A DNA stretch of 64,000 nt. Origin: Podarcis erhardii (taxonomy: Eukaryota). Positions within the stretch are counted from its first letter, which is position 1; each line of letters opens with the position of its first letter. Position numbers and translations under genes: made by a program. Below are positions 52,113-64,000 of the stretch, piece by piece. The stretch lies in NCBI GenBank assembly GCA_964252035.1, contig OZ176202.1; one strand, 5' to 3'. A model generated the notes under the pieces. It was not told the origin of the DNA. It worked only from the letters and a program-made list of their open reading frames with translations, and ran no database searches.

Positions 52113-52245
52113 TTTCCAGCTGGGGAAAAGCCCCGGATACAAGCTTCGAATTATGTTCTTAATCCCTATAGTAACATAATATGCCTCACAGAGTTAAATC
52201 ATGTATTATGTCAGGAAAAATGCATCAAGTACACCGACTCTCTCA

Positions 52246-52248
<3 letters not shown>

Positions 52249-52287
<39 letters not shown>
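52249..52287. repeat. (AT)n microsatellite
   Basis: Direct reading. Confidence 0.95.
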
Positions 52288-52289
<2 letters not shown>

Positions 52290-52516
52290 CTACATTCAGC
52301 TGTCCTTCTATGTACCGTTAATCATTTCAACAGAATGCAAGCCTTCCTTGACACAAAACATGCTCTTCTTAACCCACAGTCGATGAGAACAGACGAGACA
52401 AGCACATTCATTGTTTTCAGCACAGGATCAGTTTGCTGTTGTTATGAAATCAAGCCAAGAATCCTTGAAAAGTTAATAAAAGCTAATAACTAGCTTCACT
52501 GACAAATTTGTCTTAT

Positions 52517-52686
52517 CAAAATAAAAAAATTCCTTCCAGTAGCACCTTAAAGACCAACTGAGTTAGTTCTAGGTATATATTCTAATACCTAGAACTAACT
52601 CAGTTGGTCTTTAAGGTGCTACTGGAAGGAATTTTTTTATTTTGTTTTGACCATGGCAGACCAACACGGCTACCTATCTGTAACTG
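52517..52686. mobile_element. Penelope-like element pLTR fragment with a perfect 60-bp fold-back
   Basis: 52517-52576 is the exact reverse complement of 52585-52644. It ends GCAGACCAACACGGCTACC, typical of reptile PLE ends. TSD AAATTTGTCTTAT at 52504-52516 and 52687-52699. Confidence 0.8.
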
Positions 52687-53034
52687 AAATTTGTCTTATG
52701 AAAAACATGTGAAGGCAGGCTGGAGAAATGAAATTGGTTCAGCTAGGCAACTTTTTTATTTATTTGAGCAAGAGCTATTTGGCCACCGACTCCAGTGAAG
52801 CTGTATCTTCATTCGGCATCACATCAGCAACGCTTTTACTTCTACATTGGCTCCCATATCCTTAGCATTTACACTGAAAGACCTCAATACCGCACACCTT
52901 TCAGCCACCCTCTGTGTCTATTATGCCACAAAAGAGGAGATGATATAACCTGCAGGGAGAAGCTTTCTCTTTAGCTGCTCAAATCCTCTATGGAGAACCT
53001 GCTTTCCCTTTGGTTTATTTCTTTAGATTTTTTG

Positions 53035-53221
53035 NNNNNNNNNNNNNNNNNNNNNNNNNNNNNNNNNNNNNNNNNNNNNNNNNNNNNNNNNNNNNNNNNN
53101 NNNNNNNNNNNNNNNNNNNNNNNNNNNNNNNNNNNNNNNNNNNNNNNNNNNNNNNNNNNNNNNNNNNNNNNNNNNNNNNNNNNNNNNNNNNNNNNNNNNN
53201 NNNNNNNNNNNNNNNNNNNNN
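53035..53221. other. Assembly gap (187 N)
   Basis: Run of N. Confidence 1.
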
Positions 53222-53814
53222 GGCTCCCGGAAAGTCAGCTTACAGGAAGGCCCAGCCTTGCTCCACTTTAGGGTAAGCTCTGTTACGACCTTCAGGGCAT
53301 TCTCTGTCTCACAAGTTATATTTGGAAAATGTTTTGTCATATTTCACAATTGCAACCTCATGTACTTTACTTACTGGCTTTTGTATGTACTGTTATGAGT
53401 GTAATAAGGCCACTTGCAAGCACACACTGTGGAGAAAATAAAAGTTGTGGACAGGGTAGCCCAGTAAATTCAAGACCACTTGATTAGAACAGGCCAAATA
53501 ATAGCTTACAAATTCTTACAAATCTTTAAAAGTAGTAGGATGTTGCTGTTTGAAATTACTATGCCGAGAGAGAAAGACTTATTAGTTCATAGGCTTTTCT
53601 GTAGGCTCAAGTATATAAAATCACACTTAATTGGGAGCTGCTGTAGTAGAATCTCCAGCAACCTTTCTTCCACACAACAATTAAGGTAGGGCAGGTAAAC
53701 CTGTGGCCTTCCTGAAATTGTCAGACTCAGCCGGCAGGGCCAATAATTAGGACTTGTATGAACTGTAGCCCACAGGTTTCCCATCTCGGAATTCAAGGAA
53801 CACCTGCTCGTCCC

Positions 53815-53975
53815 AAGAGTGTTAGATTTGGGAACTTCAGGGTCAGATAACCACTTAGTTATGATGGTCACCGGATGGCTATTCTCCACTTCCCCTACCT
53901 CACAGGACTGTTCTGATGCTAAATAGCCACTCCGTGTCATTCCTCGAAGGGAGGGTAAGTTAAAGAGTCAATAAT
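53815..53975 (+). mobile_element. Degenerate MIR/Squam3-like SINE fragment
   Basis: CCCTACCTCACAGGACTGTT CORE-like motif with a worn head and tail. Confidence 0.4.
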
Positions 53976-55266
53976 ACAAAAGGGCTTGCAGAGCTTATCA
54001 CAGAAGAAAATCAGTCCTCTTAATAGTATTATGATTTCAATCGGGAATTAAAAATACAAAGGCTTTAGACCTTTTGTTTGCCGGTTTTAATATATTTTTT
54101 TTGGGCAATCTACATGATAATTATCATAGTCATTATGCTATTTATTAAATGCAGCAATTAATTTGAATGCCTATTAAGTTGAAGAAATTGTTTGGTGTAC
54201 TTTGGTGTCTAAAATTATTGCTCTAATCTGTTGTATCAATGAGCTCAACTAATTTCATTAAGAAAGCATTTAGCTTTTTGGTTGTAGATTTCTAAAAGAA
54301 TTGTCCGACTTCCACTTAGCTTCTTTTGTTTTCGCATCTGCTGTGAAGCATACAGATGAACAAATGGGCTATTCTTCTCTTTTTTCATGCTGTAGGTTTT
54401 TTCCTCCTTTGTGTGAAATTATTTTATTAGAGCAGCATATTTTAAAAGTAGTAATAGGCCAACTGAGGGAGACAAATGAAGATCCAGTAATGTGACAACT
54501 GTAATTTACCACAGCTGGAACTCGGATTAATTTCAGACTTTGCATAGTTTCGTACTTATTTATTTATAAACTGGAAGGAAAAGCCAAACACAATGAGGAA
54601 GGCAAAAAAGAGAGATATGGATCCAAGGCTTTTCAGAGTCATTTTAAAAGCCCTTCATTGTGATATAGCTGCTTTTGTTTGAGAGAGGAGTGATTTTGGC
54701 GTTGACTGCAGCTTTGGTCACATGTTTTGGTCACATGTTGCCATTAGAGAGTGGATATGGTTTTCCTCCCACATTAATGATAGGTTGTGCCCAAACTGAG
54801 AAAGGTTATGTGGTTATAGCCACAACCTTTGCATAACCTTATGTTCTTCCAGCCGGTGAATGTTGGAGTTTTGAGTATGGGCTTGTTTGGTTTGGTTTTC
54901 ACATGCTGTGGATAGAACGCCTAGTATTAAGTAATTCTAACCTTGTCGCATATTGGAGGACATGGAGAAGGTTAGACAAGAACGACTGAGCTCGTACAGT
55001 TAATCCGGAAACTTCCATAGCTATCTGCCATTTTCTCCTCAGACACTGTCTTGAGGTAATTAGTTGGGGGGGGGGGGAGAAAAAGGAAAAAGTTACCTTT
55101 TAACCAAAGTACATTATTCCGGAATAGTACCGGTAGTTAAATAATGATGATGTTGTGTGGCAGCATGGCTTTTTTTCTTATTAAAACAGCAACACTAAAG
55201 GCCATTGTAAAAGTAAAGTGTGGAAAGGCCCAGCATGGACCAGCTTTAAAATGCTACTCTATCTGA

Positions 55267-55485
55267 GTAAAGTAAAAAAAAAAAAGAAAAAAGTAAAGGA
55301 CCCCTGGAGACACCATTTACCTTCCCTATTTATCTACTTGCACTGGTGTGCTTTCGAACTGCTAGGTTGGCAGGAGCTGGGACAGAGCAACAGGAGCTCA
55401 GCCCATCGCACAGATTCGAACTGCCAACCTTCCTATTGTTAAGCCCAATAGGCTCAGTGGCATAAGCCACAGCACCACCCATGTC
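55267..55485 (-). mobile_element. Sauria SINE with an internal deletion and a 10-bp TSD
   Basis: Head and tail present but about 140 bp of core missing; TSD CTCTATCTGA at 55257-55266 and 55486-55495. Confidence 0.85.
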
Positions 55486-55524
55486 CTCTATCTGAATATT
55501 AGATCTGGACTGTTATTCATGATA

Positions 55525-55732
55525 CAGTGGTACCTCAGATTAAGTACTTAATTTGTTCCGGAAGTCCGTACTTAACCTGAAGCACCACTTTAGCTAATGG
55601 GGCTCCTGCTGCTGCCGCACCTCCGCTGTGCGATTTCTGTTCTCATCCTGAAACAAAGTTCTTAACCTGAAGCACTATTTCTGGGTTAGCGGTGTCTGTA
55701 ACCTGAAGCGTATGTAACCTGAGGTACCACTG
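55525..55732 (-). mobile_element. Tigger-like MITE, family A copy 4 (inverted, shorter)
   Basis: TA|CAGTGGTACCTCAG...CTGAGGTACCACTG|TA. Confidence 0.92.
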
Positions 55733-56632
55733 TATTTTTGGAAGCTGGATTTAGGCCTAGAGATCTATAAAATGGTCTGATGAAATGCAGTCAGGTTCTC
55801 GGTGCAACAGCTTTGGTCATATAGATTTGGTTTTAACAGACATGATTCCCACATAAGACCAAGATTATTATTGCTATATTTGAAGAGCATAATAATAATT
55901 TCTTGACATTCCGGCTCTACCCTATTGTTTAGTAATAAAATTAGCAGGCTACAGTACTCAAACATATAGTCTGGTTTTGATCGCATAGCTTTTAAGCAAG
56001 TAGAGAAAAAAACATTAATAACTGAAAAAGATGCTATATATTATGATGATCATTTGAAAACTAAACTCAGCATGAATCAAACATGGAATAACCATATTTC
56101 AGAAGGTGATGTCAAAATTCTATTAGTGTTTGGTCCTGTGCTTTTTATAAGGTATAAGTTTTGCCATTCTAAGAGAAACACCTTTAATTCACTTTGGACA
56201 TCTTTACAGCTCAATTTCACATTACAGAAAATGTTTAATTTATAGTTTATTGTCTGGAAGTTGGCTCCTGGTCTAGCCATGTTTTCTACATCATGTATAT
56301 TAATGACAATGAACGAACTTCTAGGTTTAATCAAGTATTCCCTTCTGTTTGGGACCCAGTAATTAAGTGCTGAATAATTTATATTCCTGTTTCATATGGT
56401 TCTCTATTAGCCTAACAATTAGCAGTATTGTTCTTCTGAATTCTCACCTAATTGTTAAAAGAATCAAATGCTTATAGCTATAAGCCTATGTACACTTAGT
56501 TCCGTGGGATTTACCCCAAAGTAAGTGGGACTTACTCCAAGTCAATATGTCTGAGATAGTACTGTATGCACTCTTCAGTGTTAAAATTTATATACCCATA
56601 TACTTGAGCTGCTCTCGTTCTTACAGCCCCTG

Positions 56633-57180
56633 TGTAAAGGAGCAGGGAATTGGGGTGCTTTGAGTAGCTTTGAGTGCTTTGAGGTTGTAGTTCCGTGCAA
56701 CCTTGAACCCCAGTCACACAGGGATTTCTGAGGTGAAGGCACAAGACTGGGGGTTGATCATCAGGTGAGCTGCGCACAGGTGAGCTGCCGGCCAGTCCTG
56801 TGGAGCCTCCTTTTATTGAGACAAATATGCAAGCTAGGCAGATACATTTTGGGCTGTGACCTTTACACATCTTGGTCCCGAGATCGTGGGGTGGTACAAA
56901 GTTATTTTGGCACCTGTTTCCACAGCGTCATTTCCCCCTTGCACAGTGTATGACGAAGGAGACAAAAGGTCTCGGAGACAAAGGTTACAGACAGGACACC
57001 GCAGACTGCTGAGACCGCAAAAGGTTAGACAGAGGGAACGATGTTCCAGACAGCCGTGGCTTTGTGAGGGGGAGTATGCTACGCACCCCAGGGTCATGCG
57101 CGCAGGCAGACTTTGGCTGCCTGCTGGTGGGGAGTGTGCTCCCTCCAGACCCCAATGCCCACTCCGCGATTATCCCTACA
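56633..57180 (-). mobile_element. Solo LTR (ERV/Gypsy-like), 548 bp
   Basis: TGTA...TACA termini, AATAAAAG on the minus strand, short internal tandem enhancer-like repeats and retained CpGs. No TSD found. Confidence 0.65.
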
Positions 57181-58111
57181 GATTTCAGGAGATGGGGTGG
57201 AAATATTTGCATGAAAAGCGATTTCACTTGCTCTTCCTAGTTTATAGTATCGATTTCGTCAGCCCTCCACTGGAAACAAAAAGTGAACTCTGCAGCTTCA
57301 GAGCTTAGGCTATTTCTAGGTTTTCAAGCGACTTCCTAAATGTCAGAATGACTGTTCACCGAAAGAATGACAGCAGTATGCAGACTTGAGCTGCTACCCT
57401 GAGTACTAATCACACTGCAATCAGCAGAACTTTAACTGTATGAATGGAATGATTTTAATAAGGTTAACATCTGCCAGTTCCCCATATGCTTAGCATTAAG
57501 ATCATACACATCATGGACTTATTGTCAGACTTAAGATTGGCGGTGACAGATAAATACCATAAGAAATGTCAACATCCCTGGCATATGTTGCAAATAAAGA
57601 CAAGTGCACAAATAACCGTTTTTTGTTTTGTTTTTACTGCTTATATAAATATCCAATCTATGTACAGAAAAGAATTAATTCCTTTTCATCCTGCATACTT
57701 TACGTATCACAGCAGCTCTGGGTTTTTCTTCCTTGGCATAACCAGGCAAGTTAGGAACAGTATTTGGGGCTTCTTAGAAGTAGAACAATTCCTTCCACCC
57801 CCTTCTGCAGCTGTGACTTTGGTTTGGGAGTACAATGCTAACTTGAGCCTTTAAATAATAAGCTGACATTTTTTTAATGAAAAGAGCTTGAAAACCTGGG
57901 GTACATTATTCTGCATGATAGAGTGGGGAAAAAAATTTTTTTTGAGCCAAGAGACAAATACACCAATGGAAAGCTGTCAGGAGTACATTCCAAAATGGGT
58001 GCTGTAAGATGCAAATATGGACAGGATCCATGCACACATGCACACACACTCAACAGAGACTAGGCGCCTGTTGAAGTGAGACCCTGACCTTTGCTCATTC
58101 CCATTGTGGTG

Positions 58112-58214
58112 TTCAGTTTGACCAAACTGCAGGAGGCAGTGGAAGACAGGAGTGCCTGGTGTGCTCTGGTCCATAGGGTCACGAAGAGTCGGACACGACT
58201 AAACAACAACAACA
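58112..58214 (+). mobile_element. Very short Bov-B 3' end
   Basis: GTTTGACCAAACTGCAGGAGGCAGTGGAAGACAGG...GGACACGACTAAACAACAACAAC. Confidence 0.9.
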
Positions 58215-61200
58215 TTGGGGATGCAAACTGAGCCGCCACCATCCCATAGACGCAGGGTCTGGCTGGTCTGTTGCAGATGACCTGACTTCCCAGCACAGCT
58301 GCCTAAGGATGTTGGAAGGCCAGGAGCTCAGACCATATCTATTTTGCCAGAGGGCCTCTGGGCCCATGATAGCATGCTGGGCAAATGAAGATGGTGGGCA
58401 CACTTAGACCCTTGGCTGGCACACCTAGACTCTTGACTTTATTATACAGCATGTCCAGCTGTCTGAACATTTTAAATGTAATAAATGAGGAGCCCTTCCC
58501 ACTGCCAGCTGGCTAGCTCAAGGTGCAGTGGATTTTCCAGGACACTGGAATAAGGAAGTAGTAGCATAGGAAGGAAATCAGCCCAGGGAACTCCTCAGAG
58601 GGATTGCCACCTATGACCCCCTCAAAAGTGGCGCACCTGTCTGTCCCTTAGCTGTGTTTCATGCTGTGCAATTTTCTTGTAAGTTTTCTCAAACTGTAAT
58701 CTTCCGCAAGTGTTTTGCTGTACATTTGAGAGCCCTGCGTATGGTGGTTTTGTGAAATGTTTTGAATGGAGTAGCCTAGTTAAAGCAGCTACTTAACATC
58801 CACTTGGTTGTATGAATTAACAAGTAGTATAATTCTAATTCAAATTTTAGAAGTGTGTAGAGTTGGCCCTTGCGCCATTTTCATCTAATGCAACATTTTG
58901 AGGTCTGCTTGCTGTTTCCTGATACTCAGATTGATGCTTAAGATGCACATTTTAGAACAACTTAGAGCAACCTTTCTCTTCCTATGTACTGGTTCACTGG
59001 TGAACGCTAACTGCAAAGGGTTAGTTAAATAAGAAAAGAAATGGTCAGTTGCATATAGGACAAGCTATAATCAAATATCCAGGTTATGGAATATGTTTTG
59101 TATATGTCAGTTAACAGTTAAGGAGGAGTTTACAGCAGTGTAAATTGTACATTTTTGGGTGATGATTGTGGCATATGATCCCAATGTTTAAAAACAAAAG
59201 TTGAGTGGGTAATTAAAGTAAGCACCAGCACAGAATATAAAAGTTTTAAAGCAGAGTTTTAAGATAAATGTCACTTCTTCTTTATCTCAGAATCTGCATG
59301 CTGCTGCTTTCTGAGAATGAAATGTCTTTTAATTAGGAGATTATACCTCTGCTTTATAATTGGCCAGGATTAGAACAAAAGACTAATTGACAACAAAAGA
59401 CGTCAACAACCAATTATTTGTTTAGAAAGGGAAAGGTAACTAACATTTTGAAGGTAGCTAATGTATTAAAGAGAGGATTTGTCCATTGAAAAAGGAAACA
59501 AATTGTTGGAAGGCCAAAATGCTTGTTTTTGCCAGATCAAACACTCTGGCAGCACTCTAGTATCCTCTTTCTTATATACTAGGCAAGCAGATTTTAAAGA
59601 AATAGAATGGAGATTTATATTGGTTTCTATTCCTCTAATCCTTAAATATGCTTGTTGTTGGTTGTGCCTCACTGAGAAATAACTGCATGATGCATGAGTC
59701 TGTCTTTGAATTCATATGTGTAGGTACTAACAACTCCCAGACTGCTCAAATACACTAAAAATCAAACTGTAGAATAGGATCTGTGAGATGATCAGCCAAA
59801 TCTGGCTATTTTGCACATTGATTACTATATTTTAAATGGACAGAACTCTTGGCTTCCTGATTCCTCAAGGGAATTTTGCAAATTGCAGAGGGCACTGACA
59901 TACAATGTCAGAGTCTCTCCGCCCCTCTCCCTCGTGTGTTCATATGTGCATGTATGTGTGACATATTCCACTAATGAACAGAGCCTTCCTGCTGCTACTT
60001 TCTGTCAAATGTTCAGAAGGAATCTAAATTAGCATTCAGATGTCTCCGAGCCCAATTCATTACCTAATTTTGGTTTGCAAACTTTCCACAATTAGATTAG
60101 TTCAGCCTACATTTAGCTCCGGTGAAACACCACTGGAATTAATGATCTTATGTTGGACAAGAATACCAAATTATACTGACGGTGCCTGTGCTTCTTCAAC
60201 ATAAAAATGGGCCATTATTTTTATTTCAGTGTTGAGCTCTGATGAACCTGTTGATGGCAGTCTGTTGGCAATCTTGTGTACTCTACATAGCTGTGTGTGT
60301 CGCACTGTGTGTATCAACCTCAGAAAACAGGATATGTACTTCAGCTATTTTATGGCTAAACATAGGCCCCCATCCGCAATATCCCATACAATGATATCAC
60401 CATAAGGAGACTTTTGTTCTCCGGGTATCATGACCTGCAGACTTCAGCTTATGGCTGAAGTTTCATTCAAAATGTACTTCTGGTGTTTGCTACCACAGCT
60501 TTGGATCACGTTTCAAAACACAGACCCACAGAAGGGAAGGCATTTAATTAACAACAGTAATAATTTATTCCGTGATCATCTTCGTGCACTCTAAATGTTG
60601 ATGTGATTTCCTCCTAACACCGCTGGCCACAGTCCAGAGAGCCTTGGAATGATTTCTGCGCACGCAGCGAGGCTTCTACGTATTTCATGGCAGTATTGCA
60701 CTGTTTGAAAACTATTTTTGAAACTCAGGGGAGTTTCAAAAGCAATTTGTGATGCATAGCAAGGAGCTATATTGGGGAAATGGAGCAATCCCAGTGTGTG
60801 TGTCTGCCTAAAAGGATTCTCTGAATTGTATATCAGTTGGAGAGTTAATAACACATCTTCACTACTGCATTACACTGCCAACTTCAATAGCTATATGAAA
60901 GCTGTAGTGAAACTGCTCCTCCCATTATATTTTTGGGGCTTTTAAGAAGTTGACACCGAACGTCGCAATGTGTTTCATTCCCTTTTTGTTTTAGATTTCT
61001 CAGCCATTTTGAGGGCGTCTGAAAAATCATGCCTCTACCCCAAATTGAATATTTGGTTCATCCCTTGTTTAAACTTCAATTCTGTGACATGGTGTTGTAA
61101 GGAGTTTATAGTCTTTTAATATTTTATTGTATTAGTTCTTCATTAGAAATCCTGAAACTACCTTAGCTTTAGATAAACAAGAGGAGACTTCATAGAGTCA

Positions 61201-62261
61201 AAGAAAAACACTTATAATTAATGATGAGTTCAGAGAGTTCTGGACACTGGATTTTAGGGATCTAACCTCCCCCCCCCCCAAAAAAAAAACACCCAAAACA
61301 TTTTTGGATCAGATATGGAACCCTCTGGAACTTGTCCCAACCCAAAAGGAATCCACAATTGATTAAATTAACTGGTATCCTCCCTACCAGCAATTTGCCA
61401 CCTCAGTAACTTGGAACGCATGTGGGGATTCACATAAATTCTGCATATGTCACTGTTTGGCAAGACATAGGAACCTAATCTACCCTGGACCCAATGTTCA
61501 GTTTGGATAAACCTGGAGTCTGGGATAATGCTCCAGATTATTTCTAAAATGGATCTGTGTGGGTCACCCATCACTACATAGGATCTAGCAGTTGAATTGT
61601 ACTGAGAAGAGATGAGAAGCTGGCAACATTCCCATGAAATATCATTTTTGGACTTGTTGCTATTGTTGCTTTTGAAAAACTTAATTTTTCTTGTACTTCT
61701 TTATCACAATGTCCAGAAAATATTCCCTGTTGGGTTCTGATTTGATGCTGACTCCATGGACTTCACAAAGAGGCATCAGGGAATAACACTAGTTGTGCAG
61801 GATTGTGAGGGGGAAAGAGTTGGCAAACTCACCATTTAAAAACACACACAGAATTATGATACTTGAGGACCTTCCTCTGTCAGGTACCCATAGGCCCATT
61901 AGAATTTAGACCTCTGGCTGAGCCAATCAGATTTTTATGATGCTCAGTTATAGCCAATGTTCGTTGTACTCAGAGCAGCTTTGATGTCAATGGGTGTGCT
62001 TCAAGTAGAAATAAGTGCAATTAACTAAACCTGTGAAAGAATCTAGATCAGGGGTGTCTAACTCAAATTCATCGGGGGCCGCATCAGCAGTTTGGTCACC
62101 CTCAAAGGGCCAGTTGTATCTGTAGGACTTACAGTACAGGAGAGAAGGGTTCAGGCAGCCGTTGGATCTGTTACATCACAGGATGGCATGCGCTCAATAT
62201 AAAAACAAGTGGAGGTTTCCTGAATGCATGTAAAGTGGAGGTTTCCTGTGTAGAACGGCCG

Positions 62262-62278
62262 GCGCCACTAGAGGGCAG
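62262..62278 (+). promoter_or_regulatory. CTCF consensus motif inside the MITE
   Basis: GCGCCACTAGAGGGCAG fits the CTCF core CCASYAGRKGGCRS. Motif match only; binding is unknown. Confidence 0.6.
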
Positions 62279-62302
62279 ACGTTCTCTGGCTTGTAGGCTG
62301 CC

Positions 62303-62312
62303 GCGCATGCGC
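62303..62312. promoter_or_regulatory. NRF1 palindromic motif inside the MITE
   Basis: GCGCATGCGC, a perfect match. Motif match only. Confidence 0.5.
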
Positions 62313-64000
62313 TGAAGAGGCGGCTTTCTTGTGTCAAAAAAAAAAAAAAGCAAGAATAAAAGGTGAAGGCTGGCGGCGGCTACATGGGCCACATGACGAG
62401 GTCTGGCGGGCCGCATTCGGCCTGCGGGCCTTGTGTTTGACACCCGTGATCTAGATAGTCTGCACAAATCACCCCAACACCATCTCCAATAACAACTGAA
62501 GATGGTAAACATCAAAATTTCCACCATAAGGATCATATTATGGCAGCAACAGGCATACATTATTTAATCACATTTGCTTTCTTGATGCATAATAAGCCCC
62601 TGAACATTCCTGGCTGATTCACATTCTCAAAATATTTGTGTATTTTTGGTTGTATTAAGATTTCTTTAAGCTAGACATCCCCATGTTATGCTTTTATACA
62701 TGCATAATAACATACTCTGTGGACGAATAGTGTTCTTGCAGCATACAGCTGATTTGTTTTTATTGTCTTAATTGTTCAGGGGGAAAAACAAAATACCCAT
62801 GTACACAATAAAACTGGAAGGAAAAGCCTGACAAATGACATAATTAGGAGTATTGGGTTGTTCTCTTACCAGCCATTATAACTGTATATTAAAATAATTT
62901 GTCTTTCTCCATATTGGATCCAAAACATTAATATATATAGAAAACTCCTTTTAAAAAAAACCTATTTTCAGTACATATCCTTAAACCAGCAGTAGCTTTT
63001 TTACGTGTTTTTCCAACTAGAAAAGAAACAGTGTAAAAGATTTATATTTAGGGTCTTGTGTGTATGTTACATATTGTGACAGTTTTGTTGTACTCTAATA
63101 TTACGTTCTGATTTGGGATGTAGAAAACTAATTGGGGCTATGACTTATCTAAGGACTGAAACCTGTTGAAATCAATGGACTGCTAAGTATGCCTGTGTTG
63201 GATGGAGCCCAGGTTTGTTTATTTCACTGTTGATTTTGTAAGGTGAGGTTAAATAATAATAATAGTAATGTTCATAATCAAAAGTTAGAGCTGTAGAGTG
63301 ATTTTGACATTCTCTACATTATTTAATTGGGGTGGGGGTTTTTATGAGTCCATGGAGATACAGAAGTAGTGAGCGTGATCCAGAGACAGCCTGACATGGC
63401 CAGGGGCGTACGAAGGGGGTGATCCACCCTGGGTACCACTTGGGAAGGTGACAAGATGGCCTGCTGCCTCCCCCCAGCTGTAGAGCAGTCAAGAGCACCC
63501 CTTGGTGTCCCGCCCCAGGTGCCAGAGAGGGTTCCTCCGTCACTGGACATGGCTGAGCCTTACTGCTCTCTAGTAATTTGTTTATATGGAATTAAGTCCC
63601 ATTCAGCAGCAGCTGGTAGCTGCCAGACCTTGTTGAGCAGCCAGTGGAGGCAGGGCCAATGTGTACTAGTGTTCTCCCCATTCTCCTCTCTTGAAAAGCT
63701 TAAGCCACACAGCAGGGGAAACACTAGTAGGGCTTTGCCTCACCTGGGTCAGATTTCCCTTGCCTCGGCCCATCTCCTCAGCATTTCTCACCATGCGAGT
63801 TACAGCCTCGGCCTCTTATCTCTCTAGCTGTCAGAGGCTGTTTCTGGCTCATACACATTGTCTATTGCAGTCCAGCTCTGCCTCTGGAGTTGTCAGAAGC
63901 CATGTCCACTCCCAGTGCTGCTCGGACTGTCCCATCTGCTTCTGAGGAGGTAGTAACACCTCCTGCATCGCCTTGGTCTTGCAGACATTGAACAGAGGGG

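Larger units (their letters stand above)
62049..62448. mobile_element. hAT MITE (400 bp) with an 8-bp TSD
   Basis: CAGGGGTGTCTAAC ... GTTTGACACCCGTG; TSD ATCTAGAT at 62041-62048 and 62449-62456. Confidence 0.9.

Noticed and set aside
51789-52493. 234-aa ORF
   Set aside because: It runs through a GC-rich MITE and an (AT)n repeat; the ATG and stop lie in unrelated flank.
52990-53340. ORFs spanning the X run
   Set aside because: Artefacts of the assembly gap.
54900-55060. CpG-containing block with a 9-bp inverted repeat (TCTAACCTT/AAGGTTAGA) and a GAG|GTAATT donor, as a pre-miRNA or cryptic exon
   Set aside because: The stem is too short and mismatched for a miRNA; there is an in-frame stop and no convincing acceptor.

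Overview
This is vertebrate genomic DNA, most likely from a squamate (probably lacertid) lizard, inferred from Sauria SINEs, Bov-B, squamate-type L1/L2/CR1 and a Squam3-like SINE. The whole window appears to lie inside CSMD1 on the + strand. Two coding exons are present: 21012-21206 (195 bp, first Sushi domain) and 32645-32852 (208 bp, start of the second CUB domain). Everything else is intron rich in transposable elements: LINE 3' fragments (many with clean TSDs), SINEs, hAT and Tc1/pogo MITEs, LTR-like segments and a 187-N gap. Nearly all other six-frame ORFs are TE remnants or chance. The most notable accessory observations are: (1) a 3'-truncated Ty1/Copia element with an LTR, a half-tRNA-iMet primer site and a stop-free NC-protease-pre-integrase ORF that seems to lack a capsid domain; (2) a perfect 60-bp fold-back Penelope-type insertion; (3) a large inverted repeat whose outer arms are identical while its inner arms differ by about 12%; (4) a hAT MITE carrying CTCF, NRF1 and ETS motifs; (5) a Bov-A-like 5'+3' deletion derivative of Bov-B; and (6) a patchwork of locally templated filler DNA at an L2 5' junction. 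No clearly new multi-gene system is supported. TE family names come from recalled consensus features, not database searches.
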